Source of the DNA: an uncultured Acidobacteriota bacterium
Lineage (GTDB): Bacteria > Acidobacteriota > Thermoanaerobaculia > Multivoradales > UBA5704
Direction: 5' to 3'
DNA: 64,000 nt
Assembly (NCBI GenBank): GCA_963718645.1
Contig: OY970373.1
Location: forward strand, 4,202,452-4,266,451
Of this stretch, positions 15,926 to 25,677 are shown piece after piece (position 1 is the stretch's first letter; the number at the start of each line of letters is the position of its first letter). Below the pieces are notes generated by a model, which saw nothing but the letters and a program-made list of their open reading frames with translations, did no database searches and was not told the DNA's origin. The translations under genes and the position numbers were made by a program.

Positions 15926-16958
15926 GTTTTTCCACCACCCGATCCCACGTCACCTCCCGCACCCTCCCCTGCCCCGCAAGTCCCATCGCCCTCGCCCTTT
16001 CACGGTCTTTATAGAGCAGATCGATCCGTGCTCCGATCTCCTTCGGCGACTCGGACGAGCCGATGAACCCGTTCACGCCGTCCTCCAAGAATTCGAGCAC
16101 GCCGCCGGCGTCCGTGGTGCTGATCACCGGTTTGGCGGCTTTGAAGGCTTCGACGGTCACGTAACCATAGTCCTCGTCGTAGGGGGCGTAGTAGACGCCT
16201 AGGCAATTGGCGTAGTGCTCGACGACGTCGCGGTCGTCCACCCAGCCGAGGAGCTCGACGCGGCCGGTCAGGCCGTTGCGATCGATCAGGTTTTGCAGGT
16301 TCTCGCGCTCGGGGCCGGTGCCGGCGATGCGGCAGCGGACGGGGGTTTCGGTGTGCTTCATGGCGCGGATCAGCAGATCGAATCGCTTCAAGGGATCGAG
16401 ACGGCCGATCGAAAAGATGTAGTCGCCGAAATCCCCAGGATGGTAGAGGCGGTCGAGCTTCGGTGGCGGATAGAGCACCTCGCCCTCGACTCCATTGAAG
16501 CGCCGCAGGCGGTCTGCCACGTTACCCGAGATGGTGTAGACGGCCCGCGCCTCGGAGAGCGTGCGGCAGTCCATGGCGCGGATCATCTCCAGCGCCTTGG
16601 CGTCGCGAGGTTGCGCTTCCGAAAAATCGCTGTAGGGCGTGCCCAGCAGGTCGTAGGCCTGGCGGAGCTGATGGATCAGCCAGACGACCTTGTTGGGATG
16701 TTTGATCAGATAGGAGGGGAAGCGCGTCGCGATGACGAGATCGATCCGCTTGCCGGCCGCCTCGGTGAGGTTCACCAGGCGCCAGGCGAGACTCCCTTTC
16801 AGCAGCTCGGTCCGCGTCGGCCAGTGGAAGGGGAGGGCGACGACGTCCACCTCGAAGCCGCGGCTCTTCAGCTCGTCGCGGAGGGAATCGACGAGCATCT
16901 CGGCCCCGCCGTAGGCGAACGGGATCTTGGTGGCGCAGATGACGACGCGCGGCTTCAC
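15906..16958 (-). CDS. Glycosyltransferase family 4 (GT-B)
   Basis: The GTG at 16958 gives VKPRVVICATKIPFAYGGAEMLVDSL...EGFGLVTVEA-like ...YAPYDEDYGYVTVEAFKAAKPVISTTDAGG. Confidence 0.8.
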   Translation of the reverse strand: MKPRVVICATKIPFAYGGAEMLVDSLRDELKSRGFEVDVVALPFHWPTRTELLKGSLAWRLVNLTEAAGKRIDLVIATRFPSYLIKHPNKVVWLIHQLRQAYDLLGTPYSDFSEAQPRDAKALEMIRAMDCRTLSEARAVYTISGNVADRLRRFNGVEGEVLYPPPKLDRLYHPGDFGDYIFSIGRLDPLKRFDLLIRAMKHTETPVRCRIAGTGPERENLQNLIDRNGLTGRVELLGWVDDRDVVEHYANCLGVYYAPYDEDYGYVTVEAFKAAKPVISTTDAGGVLEFLEDGVNGFIGSSESPKEIGARIDLLYKDRERARAMGLAGQGRVREVTWDRVVEKLTGQTS

Positions 16959-17377
16959 CCCGGGGGATCCTTCTCCAGCCGGCGCTCCAGCGCCTCGACC
17001 CGCGCGCCGAGTTGACGCACCTCGCGGGCCGTCCGCTCCTGCGATTCCACGAGGTCCTCGATCAGCCGCGCCGCCGCCTGATTGAAACCGTTCTGCTGCT
17101 CCAGGATCGGCCGCAACAGCCACTTCAGGAATAGTTTGTAGACCGCCTTTCGCGCCAGGACGATCAACCTCCCGAGCCCCGGCCGGTGCGAAAAGGCGAC
17201 CGGTTCTTGCACGTACTCGCGCTGCTTCAGGGCCAGCAGGCCGTTGAGCGTCCCCTCCCCACCGGCCCCCAGCGTGGCCGACTCGGCGCGGCGCTGCCGC
17301 ACGCCGGAGCGGACTTTCTGGAGGACCTCGTCGACGCGGAGGTCGTCGGGGGACGGCGCGGGAGTGGGGTCGGGCAT
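16955..17377 (-). CDS. Hypothetical small protein, coiled-coil C-terminus, translationally coupled (GTGA) to the downstream GT4
   Basis: MPDPTPAPSPDDLRVDEVLQKVRS...VRQLGARVEALERRLEKDPPG. It is not an obvious shadow ORF, but no family was recognised. Confidence 0.35.
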   Translation of the reverse strand: MPDPTPAPSPDDLRVDEVLQKVRSGVRQRRAESATLGAGGEGTLNGLLALKQREYVQEPVAFSHRPGLGRLIVLARKAVYKLFLKWLLRPILEQQNGFNQAAARLIEDLVESQERTAREVRQLGARVEALERRLEKDPPG

Positions 17378-17390
17378 CTGATTGTGAATT

Positions 17391-19119
17391 CTACGGCCCC
17401 TTGCCGCTGAAATCGACGAACACCCCGAGGTACCGCGGATCATGGCTCCTGTAGTCGACGCGGGAGGGGACCAGCCCCGAGGTGGTGTCCAGGATGAGGC
17501 GGTAGAAGCTCTCGCCGGGGGCGTTCGGGAAGAAGCCGAGGCCGCCGGCGGCGGGTTGGACGGCGAGGTCGACCGGCGTGCCGTTGCGCTTGCCGTCCGA
17601 ATCGAAGCGGACGGTCAGCCGGTCCCTCCCGCTGTCGAGCGTCAGGACGTTGGTCGCCGAGAGGGAGTCGACGTCGAAGGCGAGGCGCGCGAGGGGCACG
17701 GGCGAGATCACGATGACTTCGGAGCGCGTGGCGCCGCGCACCCAGACGCCGTGGGGGTTGTGCTCGTCGGCGAAGAAGGTGCCGGTGGGGACGATCCAGA
17801 CGGCGTCTTTCCAGGTCTGGGAAGAAAAGCCCGGAAGGTGATCGCCCACCAGCAGGGTCAGCTCCAGCGGCAGGCGCTGGAAGGCGGGTGAGGCCGCGTA
17901 GGAAGTCGAATCGAGCGGCGCGGAGACCAGGGCCGTGGCGGTCCAGAGGCCGGCAGCGGCGAAGGGGAGCGCGAGGCTCCGGCGGGCGTCGAGCCGGCCG
18001 GGCAGGAAGAGGAAGGCCGGATAGACGAGCGCGAGGTAGCGGCTGCCGAGGAAGCCCGGGGTACCGTTGAAGTCGTGGGGATGGAGGATCAGCACGGCCA
18101 GAACATAGACGCCCAGAGCGGCCAGGACGAGGTGGCGCGAGCGATCCTTCCGGCCGAACAGGTAGAGGCCGAGGGCGAAGAGCGCGAAGGGGAAGTAGGG
18201 GAGCAGTCCGGTAGAGCGGCCGGCGACGGCGTACCCAAGATTGCGCGGCAGGAGGCGCAGGCCGGTGGAAACCGCCGGACGGGCTTCCTCCGGGCCATGC
18301 ACCTGCCAGAGGTCGCGCTGACTTTCGAGCGGAAACTCGGCGTCGAACGTGCGGCGCTGGGCGCCCTGGAAGGCGGTCCACTCGCCGGTGCCGCGGCGCT
18401 GGACGAGCGCGAGGACGCTGACCGCGATCAGCACCCCCACGATCAGGACGGCGAGCCCTCGCCAGCGGCGGGCCACGGCGAAATCGATCAGGATCGGCAG
18501 GCCGAGCAGCGCGAGGAGGGGGTTGGCGGTCAGCAGCGCGCCGAGCAGGAGTCCCGACCCGGCGAGGAGGGCGAGATGCCGCCGGTCCCAGCGGTCGAGC
18601 GCGCGCAGGCGCCGCCAGGCGAGGAGGGGAAAGAAGGCGCAGGCCATCAGGAAGACGGCGGGCTCCATCCGGAAGGCATAGGCGAACGCGGCCGAGGCGA
18701 AGAAGAAGCCGGCCAGCAGGAGCGGCGAGGCGTCGAGATCGCCGGTCGGCAGCCAGAGCGATCCGACCGCCATGGCCAGGAAGAGCGCCATGTTGAAGAG
18801 GGCGATTCCACGCAGGCCGATCAGGGCGTAGAACGGCAGCGCCGCGAGCGGATAGGCGAGCGGCTGGCCGTAGCGCATCGTCTTGCCGCCGTCGTCCGTG
18901 AACAGGGTGAGGCCGGCGGGCCCCCCCTCCCAGATCCGCTCGGCGCGGTCGAGGTCGGCCTCCCGGTAGGTGAGGTCGTGATCGTGCCAGAGGCTCTGGA
19001 CCATCATCACCGACGTCGCCTCGTCGCCCGCCGGCAGCGGCGCGCGGAGGCCGGCGAGGGTCCACGCCGATGCCAGAAGCAGCAGGGCGAGGCAGAGGAT
19101 GGGGATGGGGCGGAGGCGC
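17391..19119 (-). CDS. GT-C fold membrane glycosyltransferase (ArnT / PMT / GT39-GT83-like), multi-TM with a C-terminal periplasmic domain
   Basis: MRLRPIPILCLALLLLASAW...PLPAGDEATSVMMVQSLW (first-loop DE motif) is followed by about 11 hydrophobic helices and a roughly 200-aa soluble C-terminus. Confidence 0.65.
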
Positions 19120-19221
19120 ATGATGGGAGGACGGTGCGGACCGGGCAGGTACCGCGCAAAGATACACTCTCCGCGACATGAGGGAAAAACGCAGTCCCGG
19201 AATTTTGCCCCGGCAGGGGCA

Positions 19222-19370
19222 ACGGCATGTAGCCTGGGGCGCAAGCCCCAGGAAAGAGGTGCCAGGCGATTCCCCGAGCCCCGAAGGGGCGACGGCAGAT
19301 CATCTTTCCGAGAAAGACCGCCGTCCGGGTTCAGGGCGTGTGGCTTGCTGGGGCGTCCTGCGCTCCGAAG
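19222..19370. repeat. Repeat family B copy B2 (partial or rearranged)
   Basis: GCATGTAGCCTGGGGCGCAAGCCCCAGG plus AGCCCCGAAGGGGCGACGGCAG. It shares 20-30-mers with B1. A short B-like fragment lies at 54896-54925. Confidence 0.65.
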
Positions 19371-19377
19371 CCTCACC

Positions 19378-19501
19378 CGTGGCCTGCGACCTCATCCCCT
19401 ATCCCCTTCTCCTAAAGGAGAAGGGGGACGACTGCGATGCGGCCCCCGTCAGGCCCTCCCTCTCCTTTAGGAGAGGGACCGAGGGTGAGGTCGCAGGCCA
19501 C
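19378..19501. repeat. Repeat family C copy C1: ~124-bp palindromic element
   Basis: GTGGCCTGCGACCTCATCCCCTATCCCCTTCTCCTAAAGGAGAAGGGGG ... CCCTCCCTCTCCTTTAGGAGAGGGACCGAGGGTGAGGTCGCAGGCCAC. Confidence 0.7.
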
Positions 19502-19671
19502 GAACATCCCCGATTCTGCGAGATGCGCAGGACGGCCGGAGGGCACCGCCCCTGAAGATCCTCCGCGCCCTCCTCCGCTTCGGCTCCCCCCGGCGCCTGC
19601 GCCGGACCTTCCTCTGGCTTTGGGGGATCGCCGGGGAGATCCGCCGCCGCCGCGCCGAGCCGCGGCGGACG

Positions 19672-20808
19672 GTGGCGGTGGACGTCAACTCGTTCTACGA
19701 GCCGCTGACCGGCGTCGGGTGGTACCTGCATCAGATCCTGGTCCATCTCGCCGGCCGCGACGATCTCCGGTTGCGGCTCTACGGCCAGAGTCTGGTCGAG
19801 ACCGATCCCGGCGCTCCCCAGCCGGTGGTCGACTTCCCGGCGTTCTCGACGGGAGTTGCGATCGAGCGGGTGACGTACGCGGCGCCGGACGGCCTCGTGG
19901 TCCCCCCCTGGCGCGCGGACCAGATCCTCCGCCGCCTCGCTCCCCTGCTGATGGCGGCGGACGGCAACGCGGTGCTGTTCGCACCGAACTATCTCTTCCC
20001 GCCGCTCTTCCGCTTCGCCGCGGGGGAGCGGGTGGCGACGATCCACGACCTCGGCGTCATCAAGGTGCCCTGGGCGGTGCGGCCGGACTCCGGCGTGGCC
20101 CTGCGCGAGCGGCTGGAGCGCACGCTCTTCGCGGCGGACCTCCTGCTGACTCCCAGCGAGGCGGTGCGGCGGGAGCTGATCGGCATCGGCGTCGCTCCCG
20201 GCCGCGTGCGGGCGATCCACCACGGCACCGGCGTCCTGTCCAAGGCCGCGCCGGCAACCCTGCCGGCGGCCACCCCGGCGCGCTTCGCGCTCCACGTCGG
20301 CACGATCGAGCCGCGGAAGAACGTCGCGGTCCTGCTCGCGGCCTGGCGGCGGATGAGGGCAGCGGGAATCGGGCCGCCGCCGCTGGTGCTCTGCGGCGGC
20401 TTTGGCTGGAACGCCGAGGAGATCCGCACGGAGATCGACGAGGCCGCGCGGGAAGGCTGGGTCGTCCATCCCGGCTATGTGACCGCGGGCGAGCTGGCCG
20501 CCTTGTACGCGGCGGCCGAGCTGGTGGCGCTTCCGTCCTTCTACGAGGGGTTCGGCCTGCCGGCAATCGAGGCGCTGGCCGCCGGGGCGCCGCTGGTGGC
20601 GAGCGACCTGCCCGTTCTGCGCGAGGTGGCCGGGGACGCCGCCCTCTACGCCACGCCCGACCGGCCGGATCTCTGGGCGGAGGCGATCGCAGCGCTGCTG
20701 GCGGACGCGAATCTGCGCGCCGAACTCCGGCGGAAGGGTCTGGAGCGCGCCAGGCTCTTCGACTGGACGCGGGCCGCGGCGGAGACGGCGCGTGCGTTCG
20801 GGGTCTGA
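19672..20808 (+). CDS. Glycosyltransferase family 4
   Basis: GTG start. VAVDVNSFYEPLTGVGWYLHQIL...GTIEPRKN...PSFYEGFGLPAIEALAAGAPLVAS. Confidence 0.8.
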   Translation: MAVDVNSFYEPLTGVGWYLHQILVHLAGRDDLRLRLYGQSLVETDPGAPQPVVDFPAFSTGVAIERVTYAAPDGLVVPPWRADQILRRLAPLLMAADGNAVLFAPNYLFPPLFRFAAGERVATIHDLGVIKVPWAVRPDSGVALRERLERTLFAADLLLTPSEAVRRELIGIGVAPGRVRAIHHGTGVLSKAAPATLPAATPARFALHVGTIEPRKNVAVLLAAWRRMRAAGIGPPPLVLCGGFGWNAEEIRTEIDEAAREGWVVHPGYVTAGELAALYAAAELVALPSFYEGFGLPAIEALAAGAPLVASDLPVLREVAGDAALYATPDRPDLWAEAIAALLADANLRAELRRKGLERARLFDWTRAAAETARAFGV

Positions 20809-20836
20809 GATCGGTATTTTGTGCCAAATTGGCGTC

Positions 20837-21050
20837 AAACATTGTTTTTTCCGTTTTTCCATTGTTTGGCGGCTTCAAACATTGTTTGCGAGCCCCAAAC
20901 ATTGTTTTTTCGGCTCGAACAATGTTTGAGACGCTGAAACATTGTTTGAAGCCCTGAAAGATTGTTGGAAGCGCTGGAACATTGTTGCAGGCGGGAAAAC
21001 ACAGTTTGAAGCCCTAAAACATTGTTCGAAGCCCTGAAACATTGTTCAAG
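20837..21050. repeat. Eleven direct tandem units with an exact 20-bp period, each having a near-palindromic core AACAWTGTT (AAACATTGTT)
   Basis: Cores lie at 20841, 20861, 20881, 20901, 20921 (inverted: GAACAATGTT), 20941, 20961, 20981, 21001 (ACAGTT), 21021 and 21041. The region is locally AT-rich within a 70% GC genome. It sits between the GT4 stop (20808) and the GT-C start (21083), and the last unit overlaps a putative -35. Confidence 0.85.
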
Positions 21051-21082
21051 CCTCTTTTCGCCTGCGGTAGACTCCGCCTCCC

Positions 21083-23254
21083 ATGTTCAAGGGCCGCTAC
21101 GACCACGCCGCACGCCTCGGCCTCTATTTCCTGATCGCGGCGATCCTGCTCGCCGGGGCGGCGGTGCCGGACGCACTGCGCACCTTCCAGGTGCTGACCT
21201 TCGCGGCGATGCTGGCGGCGCTGGGGATGGCCGGGTCGCGGCTCGCCCGCCGGCTGGTGCCGGACTTCGGACCGGCCTCGCACGGCGTGGCCGCCTTCTC
21301 CTTCGCCGTGGGGATCGCCGTGGTGCCGGCCACCTGGCTCGGGCAGATCGGCTGGCTGCGGCCGGCGCCCTTCCTGGCCTGGACGGCGGTGGCCTTCCTG
21401 CTCTCGCGGCTCCTGCCCGTCCGCGGCCTTGCCGAGGAGGGACCGGCCCCCGCGACCTCAGCGGCGCGCTCCTCCCGCCTCGACCTCGCCCTGATCGTGG
21501 CGGCGGGGCTGGCGGTGGCCCTCGCCGGCCTCTACGACATGGACCGGCTGCGCTGGGCGCCGGCGGGGATGCACGGCTTCGACGACACCTCCTACCACCT
21601 GTCGGAAGTCGCCACCTGGATCCGCTCCGGCGACCTGCGGATGATCCGCTTCTCGATGGGCGACCCGAGCACCCCCTTCTACCCGGTGCTCGGCGAGGTG
21701 GCCTCCTGGGTGCTGATCGCGCCCTTCCGCGACAGCGACGTGGCGGCGCGCTGGACGCAGCTCTTCTTCTCCCTCGCCTCGTTCCTGGCCGTGGCCGCGA
21801 TCGCCCGCCGGCTCGGCCTGTCGCGGCGGAGCGCCGCCCTCGCGGCGATCACCTACGCGGGGATCTACCACGTCTTCCCGATCCTCGCGGTGGCCGCCGG
21901 CAACGATCCGGCAACCGCCTTCTTCACCCTCGCCGGCGTCGACGCCGCGATCGCGCTGGCCCGCCGTCCCCGCCTGGGGACCACCGTGACGGCCGGCGCC
22001 GCGCTCGGCCTGCTGCTCGCCACCAAGTACATCGGCGTGCTGTTCGCGCCCGTGATCCTGGCGATGCTGGCGGTAGCGGTCTGGATCGAACGGCGCCGCA
22101 GGGAGCCGGCCGAGCGCCCGCCGGCGCGGCGGCTCGCCGCTCTGGCCGCCCTGCTCGCCGTCACGATGGCGATCACCGGCGGCTATACCTACCTGCGGAA
22201 CGCCGTCACCACCGGCAACCCGATCTTCCCGGCGCCCGTCTCGATCGCCGGCATCGAGATCCTCCCCGGCTGGTGGGGGGTGTCGACCGCCGACCGCGCG
22301 CACGAGCCCGAGTTCCGGATCGACCTCTGGCACTTCCTGACGCGGAGCTCGAAGCTGTTCGGCGGCTACTTCCCGTTCACCCTGCTGCCGGCCGCCCTGC
22401 TGGCCCCCCTCCTGGCGCTCTGGCGGCGGCGCTGGCTGACGGCGATGACCTTCCTGCTCGCGATCGCCTTCTTCCTCGAATTTCTCTACCTGATGCAGGA
22501 CCATCGCGACATCCGCTACTTCCTGCCGGCGATCGCGCTGGCGGCCGTGGCCTTCGCGTGGCTGCTCGAGATGGGCGGACCGCGCGTGGCGATGCCGGTC
22601 CGCGGGCTCCTCCTCGCCTGGATCGCCTTTCAGGAGGTGCGGCGGGTGGGCGAGACCGGCGCGGCGCATCTCGCGGCGGCGGTGGCGGTGGCCGTCGTGG
22701 CCTGGCTGGTGGAGATCGCCTGGCGCCGGGGGCAAGCGCGAGCCCCGCGAGCCCAGGCTCCCGTGGGGCCCTGGATCGCCTGGGCCACCGCGATCCTGGT
22801 CGCCGCCCTGGCCCCGGCCCTGGCCTGGGGGATCGACCGCTACCAAGCGGTGAAGCTCGAAGGCCTGCCGGCGGTGGCGGCGCTGGAGCGGCTCACCGGT
22901 CCGCGCGGCGCCCGCGTGGCCTACGCGGGCTACAACCAGCCCTATCACTTCTTCGGCAGCCGCTTCCAGAACGACCTCCAGATCGCGCCGCGGAACCGCT
23001 CCGTCGACGCCCAGTACTACCGCTGGGGGGTGCGGATGGCGAACCCCTACGTCGAGGGCTCGTACTCGCGGTGGAAGGAGATCCTCGACGACCTCGGGGT
23101 CGAGTGGGTGGTGACCGTGCGCACGCCCTGGGAGGACCCCGAGCACCGCTGGGTGTCGAAGCGGACCAGCGACTTCGCCCTCGCCTACCAGGACCCGGAA
23201 GTGGAGATCTGGCGGGTGATCGACGCGGCAGCGCCGGCGGGATCGGCGCGATGA
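21083..23254 (+). CDS. GT-C fold membrane glycosyltransferase (ArnT / PMT-like), second copy
   Basis: MFKGRYDHAARLGLYFLIAAILL...GFDDTSYHLSEVATWI (loop DD/DE motif), about 13 TM segments, and a C-terminal soluble domain. The TGA overlaps the next ATG. Confidence 0.75.
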   Translation: MFKGRYDHAARLGLYFLIAAILLAGAAVPDALRTFQVLTFAAMLAALGMAGSRLARRLVPDFGPASHGVAAFSFAVGIAVVPATWLGQIGWLRPAPFLAWTAVAFLLSRLLPVRGLAEEGPAPATSAARSSRLDLALIVAAGLAVALAGLYDMDRLRWAPAGMHGFDDTSYHLSEVATWIRSGDLRMIRFSMGDPSTPFYPVLGEVASWVLIAPFRDSDVAARWTQLFFSLASFLAVAAIARRLGLSRRSAALAAITYAGIYHVFPILAVAAGNDPATAFFTLAGVDAAIALARRPRLGTTVTAGAALGLLLATKYIGVLFAPVILAMLAVAVWIERRRREPAERPPARRLAALAALLAVTMAITGGYTYLRNAVTTGNPIFPAPVSIAGIEILPGWWGVSTADRAHEPEFRIDLWHFLTRSSKLFGGYFPFTLLPAALLAPLLALWRRRWLTAMTFLLAIAFFLEFLYLMQDHRDIRYFLPAIALAAVAFAWLLEMGGPRVAMPVRGLLLAWIAFQEVRRVGETGAAHLAAAVAVAVVAWLVEIAWRRGQARAPRAQAPVGPWIAWATAILVAALAPALAWGIDRYQAVKLEGLPAVAALERLTGPRGARVAYAGYNQPYHFFGSRFQNDLQIAPRNRSVDAQYYRWGVRMANPYVEGSYSRWKEILDDLGVEWVVTVRTPWEDPEHRWVSKRTSDFALAYQDPEVEIWRVIDAAAPAGSAR

Positions 23255-24360
23255 CGCCCCCCACCATCGCCGTCGACCTCCGCGCCCTGGTCCCCGCCGC
23301 GACCGGGATCGGGGTCTACACCCGGTCGCTGCTGCTGGCGCTGGCCGAGCGCGGCGGGGCGCGCTATGTCGGGATGGCTCACCGGGCACCTCGCGAGGCC
23401 GGGGAGCTGGAGGCCGCCGGGATCGCGATCGAGCGGCAGGAGGCGCCTCTGGGCGTGATCTGGCAGCAGCTCGCCCTCCCCCGCCGGCTGGCGCGCGGCG
23501 ACGTCGACCTCTTCTGGTCGCCGCTGATCACGCTGCCCCTCCGCTGCCCGGTGCCGGCGGTGGCCACGGTCCATGACCTGACCGTGCTGCTCTACCCCGA
23601 GACGCACACGCTGAAGGTCCGCCTCAGCCTCCTCCCCTTCCTCCGCCCCTCCTTCGAGGCGGCGCGGCGGCTGGTGACGATCTCCGAGGCCACGGCGCGC
23701 GACCTCGCCTTCCATTTTCCTCAGTGCAAGGAGGCGATCCGCGTGGTCTACCCGGGCATCGATCCCGAGTTCAAGCCGGGAGATCCCGCGGAGATCGCGG
23801 CGACGCGGCGGGAGCTGGGGGCGCCGGAGGGGTACGTGCTCTATGCCGGTACCCTGGAGCCGCGCAAGAACGTCGGCGCCCTGCTCGACGCCTGGACGGC
23901 GCTGCGGGGCGAGGACCCGCGGATGCTGCCGCTGGTGCTTGCCGGCCCCTACGGCTGGGGGAGCGAGCGGCTGGCGCGGCGGATCAGGGCGCTGGCGCCC
24001 GAGGTGACGGCGACCGGCCGCGTCGACCGCGCGCGGCTGGTGCGGATCTTCCAGGCCGCCCGCGTCTTCGTCTACCCCTCGCTCTACGAGGGGTTCGGCT
24101 TCCCCGCCGCCGAGGCGCTCGCCTGCGGCGTGCCGGTGGTCGCCTCGAACACGTCCAGCCTCCCCGAGGTGGTGGGCGACGCCGGCCTGACGGTCGATCC
24201 GCGGGACACCCCCGGCCTCGCCGCGCGCATCCGCGCCCTCCTCGAGCAGCCCGACAAGGCGGCCGAGATCGGCGCCCGCGGCGTCGCCCAGGCCGGCCGC
24301 TTCCGCTGGGACCGCGCGGCGACGGAGATGGAAGCGGTGTTCCGCGAGGCGATGGCGTAG
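23251..24360 (+). CDS. Glycosyltransferase family 4
   Basis: MTPPTIAVDLRALVPAATGIGVYTRSLLLAL...GTLEPRKN...PSLYEGFGFPAAEALACGVPVVAS. Confidence 0.85.
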   Translation: MTPPTIAVDLRALVPAATGIGVYTRSLLLALAERGGARYVGMAHRAPREAGELEAAGIAIERQEAPLGVIWQQLALPRRLARGDVDLFWSPLITLPLRCPVPAVATVHDLTVLLYPETHTLKVRLSLLPFLRPSFEAARRLVTISEATARDLAFHFPQCKEAIRVVYPGIDPEFKPGDPAEIAATRRELGAPEGYVLYAGTLEPRKNVGALLDAWTALRGEDPRMLPLVLAGPYGWGSERLARRIRALAPEVTATGRVDRARLVRIFQAARVFVYPSLYEGFGFPAAEALACGVPVVASNTSSLPEVVGDAGLTVDPRDTPGLAARIRALLEQPDKAAEIGARGVAQAGRFRWDRAATEMEAVFREAMA

Positions 24361-24478
24361 GAAAGAACACGGACGGACACGGACGGACATGGACGAGCAC
24401 GGACCCAGGGACCGCGGGACCGGCCTCCGGTGGTTTATCGTCCGTGGCGGTCCGTGTGGGTCCGTGCTCGTCCGTGCA
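24361..24478. repeat. Repeat family D: long imperfect hairpin of ACGGAC-rich arms immediately after the stop codon (TAGGAAAGAACA...)
   Basis: GAAAGAACACGGACGGACACGGACGGACATGGACGAGCACGGACCC ... GGGTCCGTGCTCGTCCGTG. A second copy lies at 40839-40937 after recA. Confidence 0.6.
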
Positions 24479-24541
24479 GGTCATGGCGCGCAGGCAAGAT
24501 TCCGTTAGAATCACGATTTCCTGGCCCCTCGGAGACCCCGT

Positions 24542-25672
24542 TTGCCCTATACGATCGGAATCGACGCGCGCAAGATCCAGGACTTCGGGATCGGCACCTA
24601 CGTGCGGAACCTGGTGCGCTCGCTGGCCGCCATCGACTCCGAGAACCGCTACGTGCTGCTCGCCAAGCCGGGCGACCTCGAAGGGCTGCGCGACCTGCCG
24701 GAGAACTTCCAGGTGGCGCTGGAGAGCTCGGCCGTCTACTCCGTGCGCGAGCTCCTCGCCCTCTCCTGGCACCTCTACCGGCGCAAGCTCGACCTCTACC
24801 ACTCCACCCACTACGTGCTGCCGGCCTGGGTGGGCTCGAAGGTGGTGGTGACCATCCACGACATCATCCACCTCCTCTACCCGGAGTTCCTGCCCAGCCG
24901 CTTCGCCTTCCTCTACGCGCAGCGGATGATCCGCCGCAGCCTCCACCGCGGCGACCGCATCATCGCGGTGTCGCAGAACACCAAGTCCGACCTGATGCAG
25001 CACTTCGACGTCGACGGCCGCAAGATCCAGGTGATCTACAACGGCGTCGAGGACGTCTTCCGCGGCCGCCTCCCCCCCGAGGAGATGGCGCGCTGGCAGC
25101 GCGACCTCGGCATCTCCCCGCCCTACCTGCTGTTCGTGGGCAATCCGGCCAAGCCGCACAAGAACCTCGACACCGTGGTGCAGGCCTACGCGCGGGCGCG
25201 GCGGATGGCGCAATTCGACGCGCCGCTGATCTGCGTCGGCAGCCGCGAGGGGTCGGAGTTCAAGATCCGCCAGCGCGCCGAATACCTGGGGATCGGCGAC
25301 AAGGTGCGCCTGCTCGGCCACGTCGCCCACGAGGCGCTGCCGGCGATCTACCAGGGTGCCACGCTCTTCCTGTACCCCACGCTCTACGAGGGGTTCGGGC
25401 TGCCGGTGATCGAGGCGATGGCGTCCGGGGTGGCGGTGATCACCTCGAACACCTCGGCGCTCAAGGAGATCGCGGAGGGCTACGCGCTGCTGGTCGATCC
25501 GCTCGACCTCGACGGCATGGCCAAGGCGATCGCCCACCTGATGGGCTCTCCGGAGCGCCGCGCCGCCTTCGCCGACCGCGGCGCCGCCCGCGCCGACCAG
25601 TTCCGCTGGGACCAGACGGCGCGGCAGACGCTGGACATCTACCGCCAGGTCATCGAGGGAGGAGGAGCCTGA
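24542..25672 (+). CDS. Glycosyltransferase family 4
   Basis: TTG start. PYTIGIDARKIQDFGIGTYVRNLVRSL...GNPAKPHKN...PTLYEGFGLPVIEAMASGVAVITS. Confidence 0.85.
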   Translation: MPYTIGIDARKIQDFGIGTYVRNLVRSLAAIDSENRYVLLAKPGDLEGLRDLPENFQVALESSAVYSVRELLALSWHLYRRKLDLYHSTHYVLPAWVGSKVVVTIHDIIHLLYPEFLPSRFAFLYAQRMIRRSLHRGDRIIAVSQNTKSDLMQHFDVDGRKIQVIYNGVEDVFRGRLPPEEMARWQRDLGISPPYLLFVGNPAKPHKNLDTVVQAYARARRMAQFDAPLICVGSREGSEFKIRQRAEYLGIGDKVRLLGHVAHEALPAIYQGATLFLYPTLYEGFGLPVIEAMASGVAVITSNTSALKEIAEGYALLVDPLDLDGMAKAIAHLMGSPERRAAFADRGAARADQFRWDQTARQTLDIYRQVIEGGGA

Positions 25673-25677
25673 CGCAA

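Noticed and set aside
20837-21050. Considered a CRISPR array.
   Set aside because: The units are 10-bp cores with 10-bp spacers at a 20-bp period, far below CRISPR repeat and spacer lengths. There is no cas gene or leader. I interpret it as a regulatory or structural tandem array instead.
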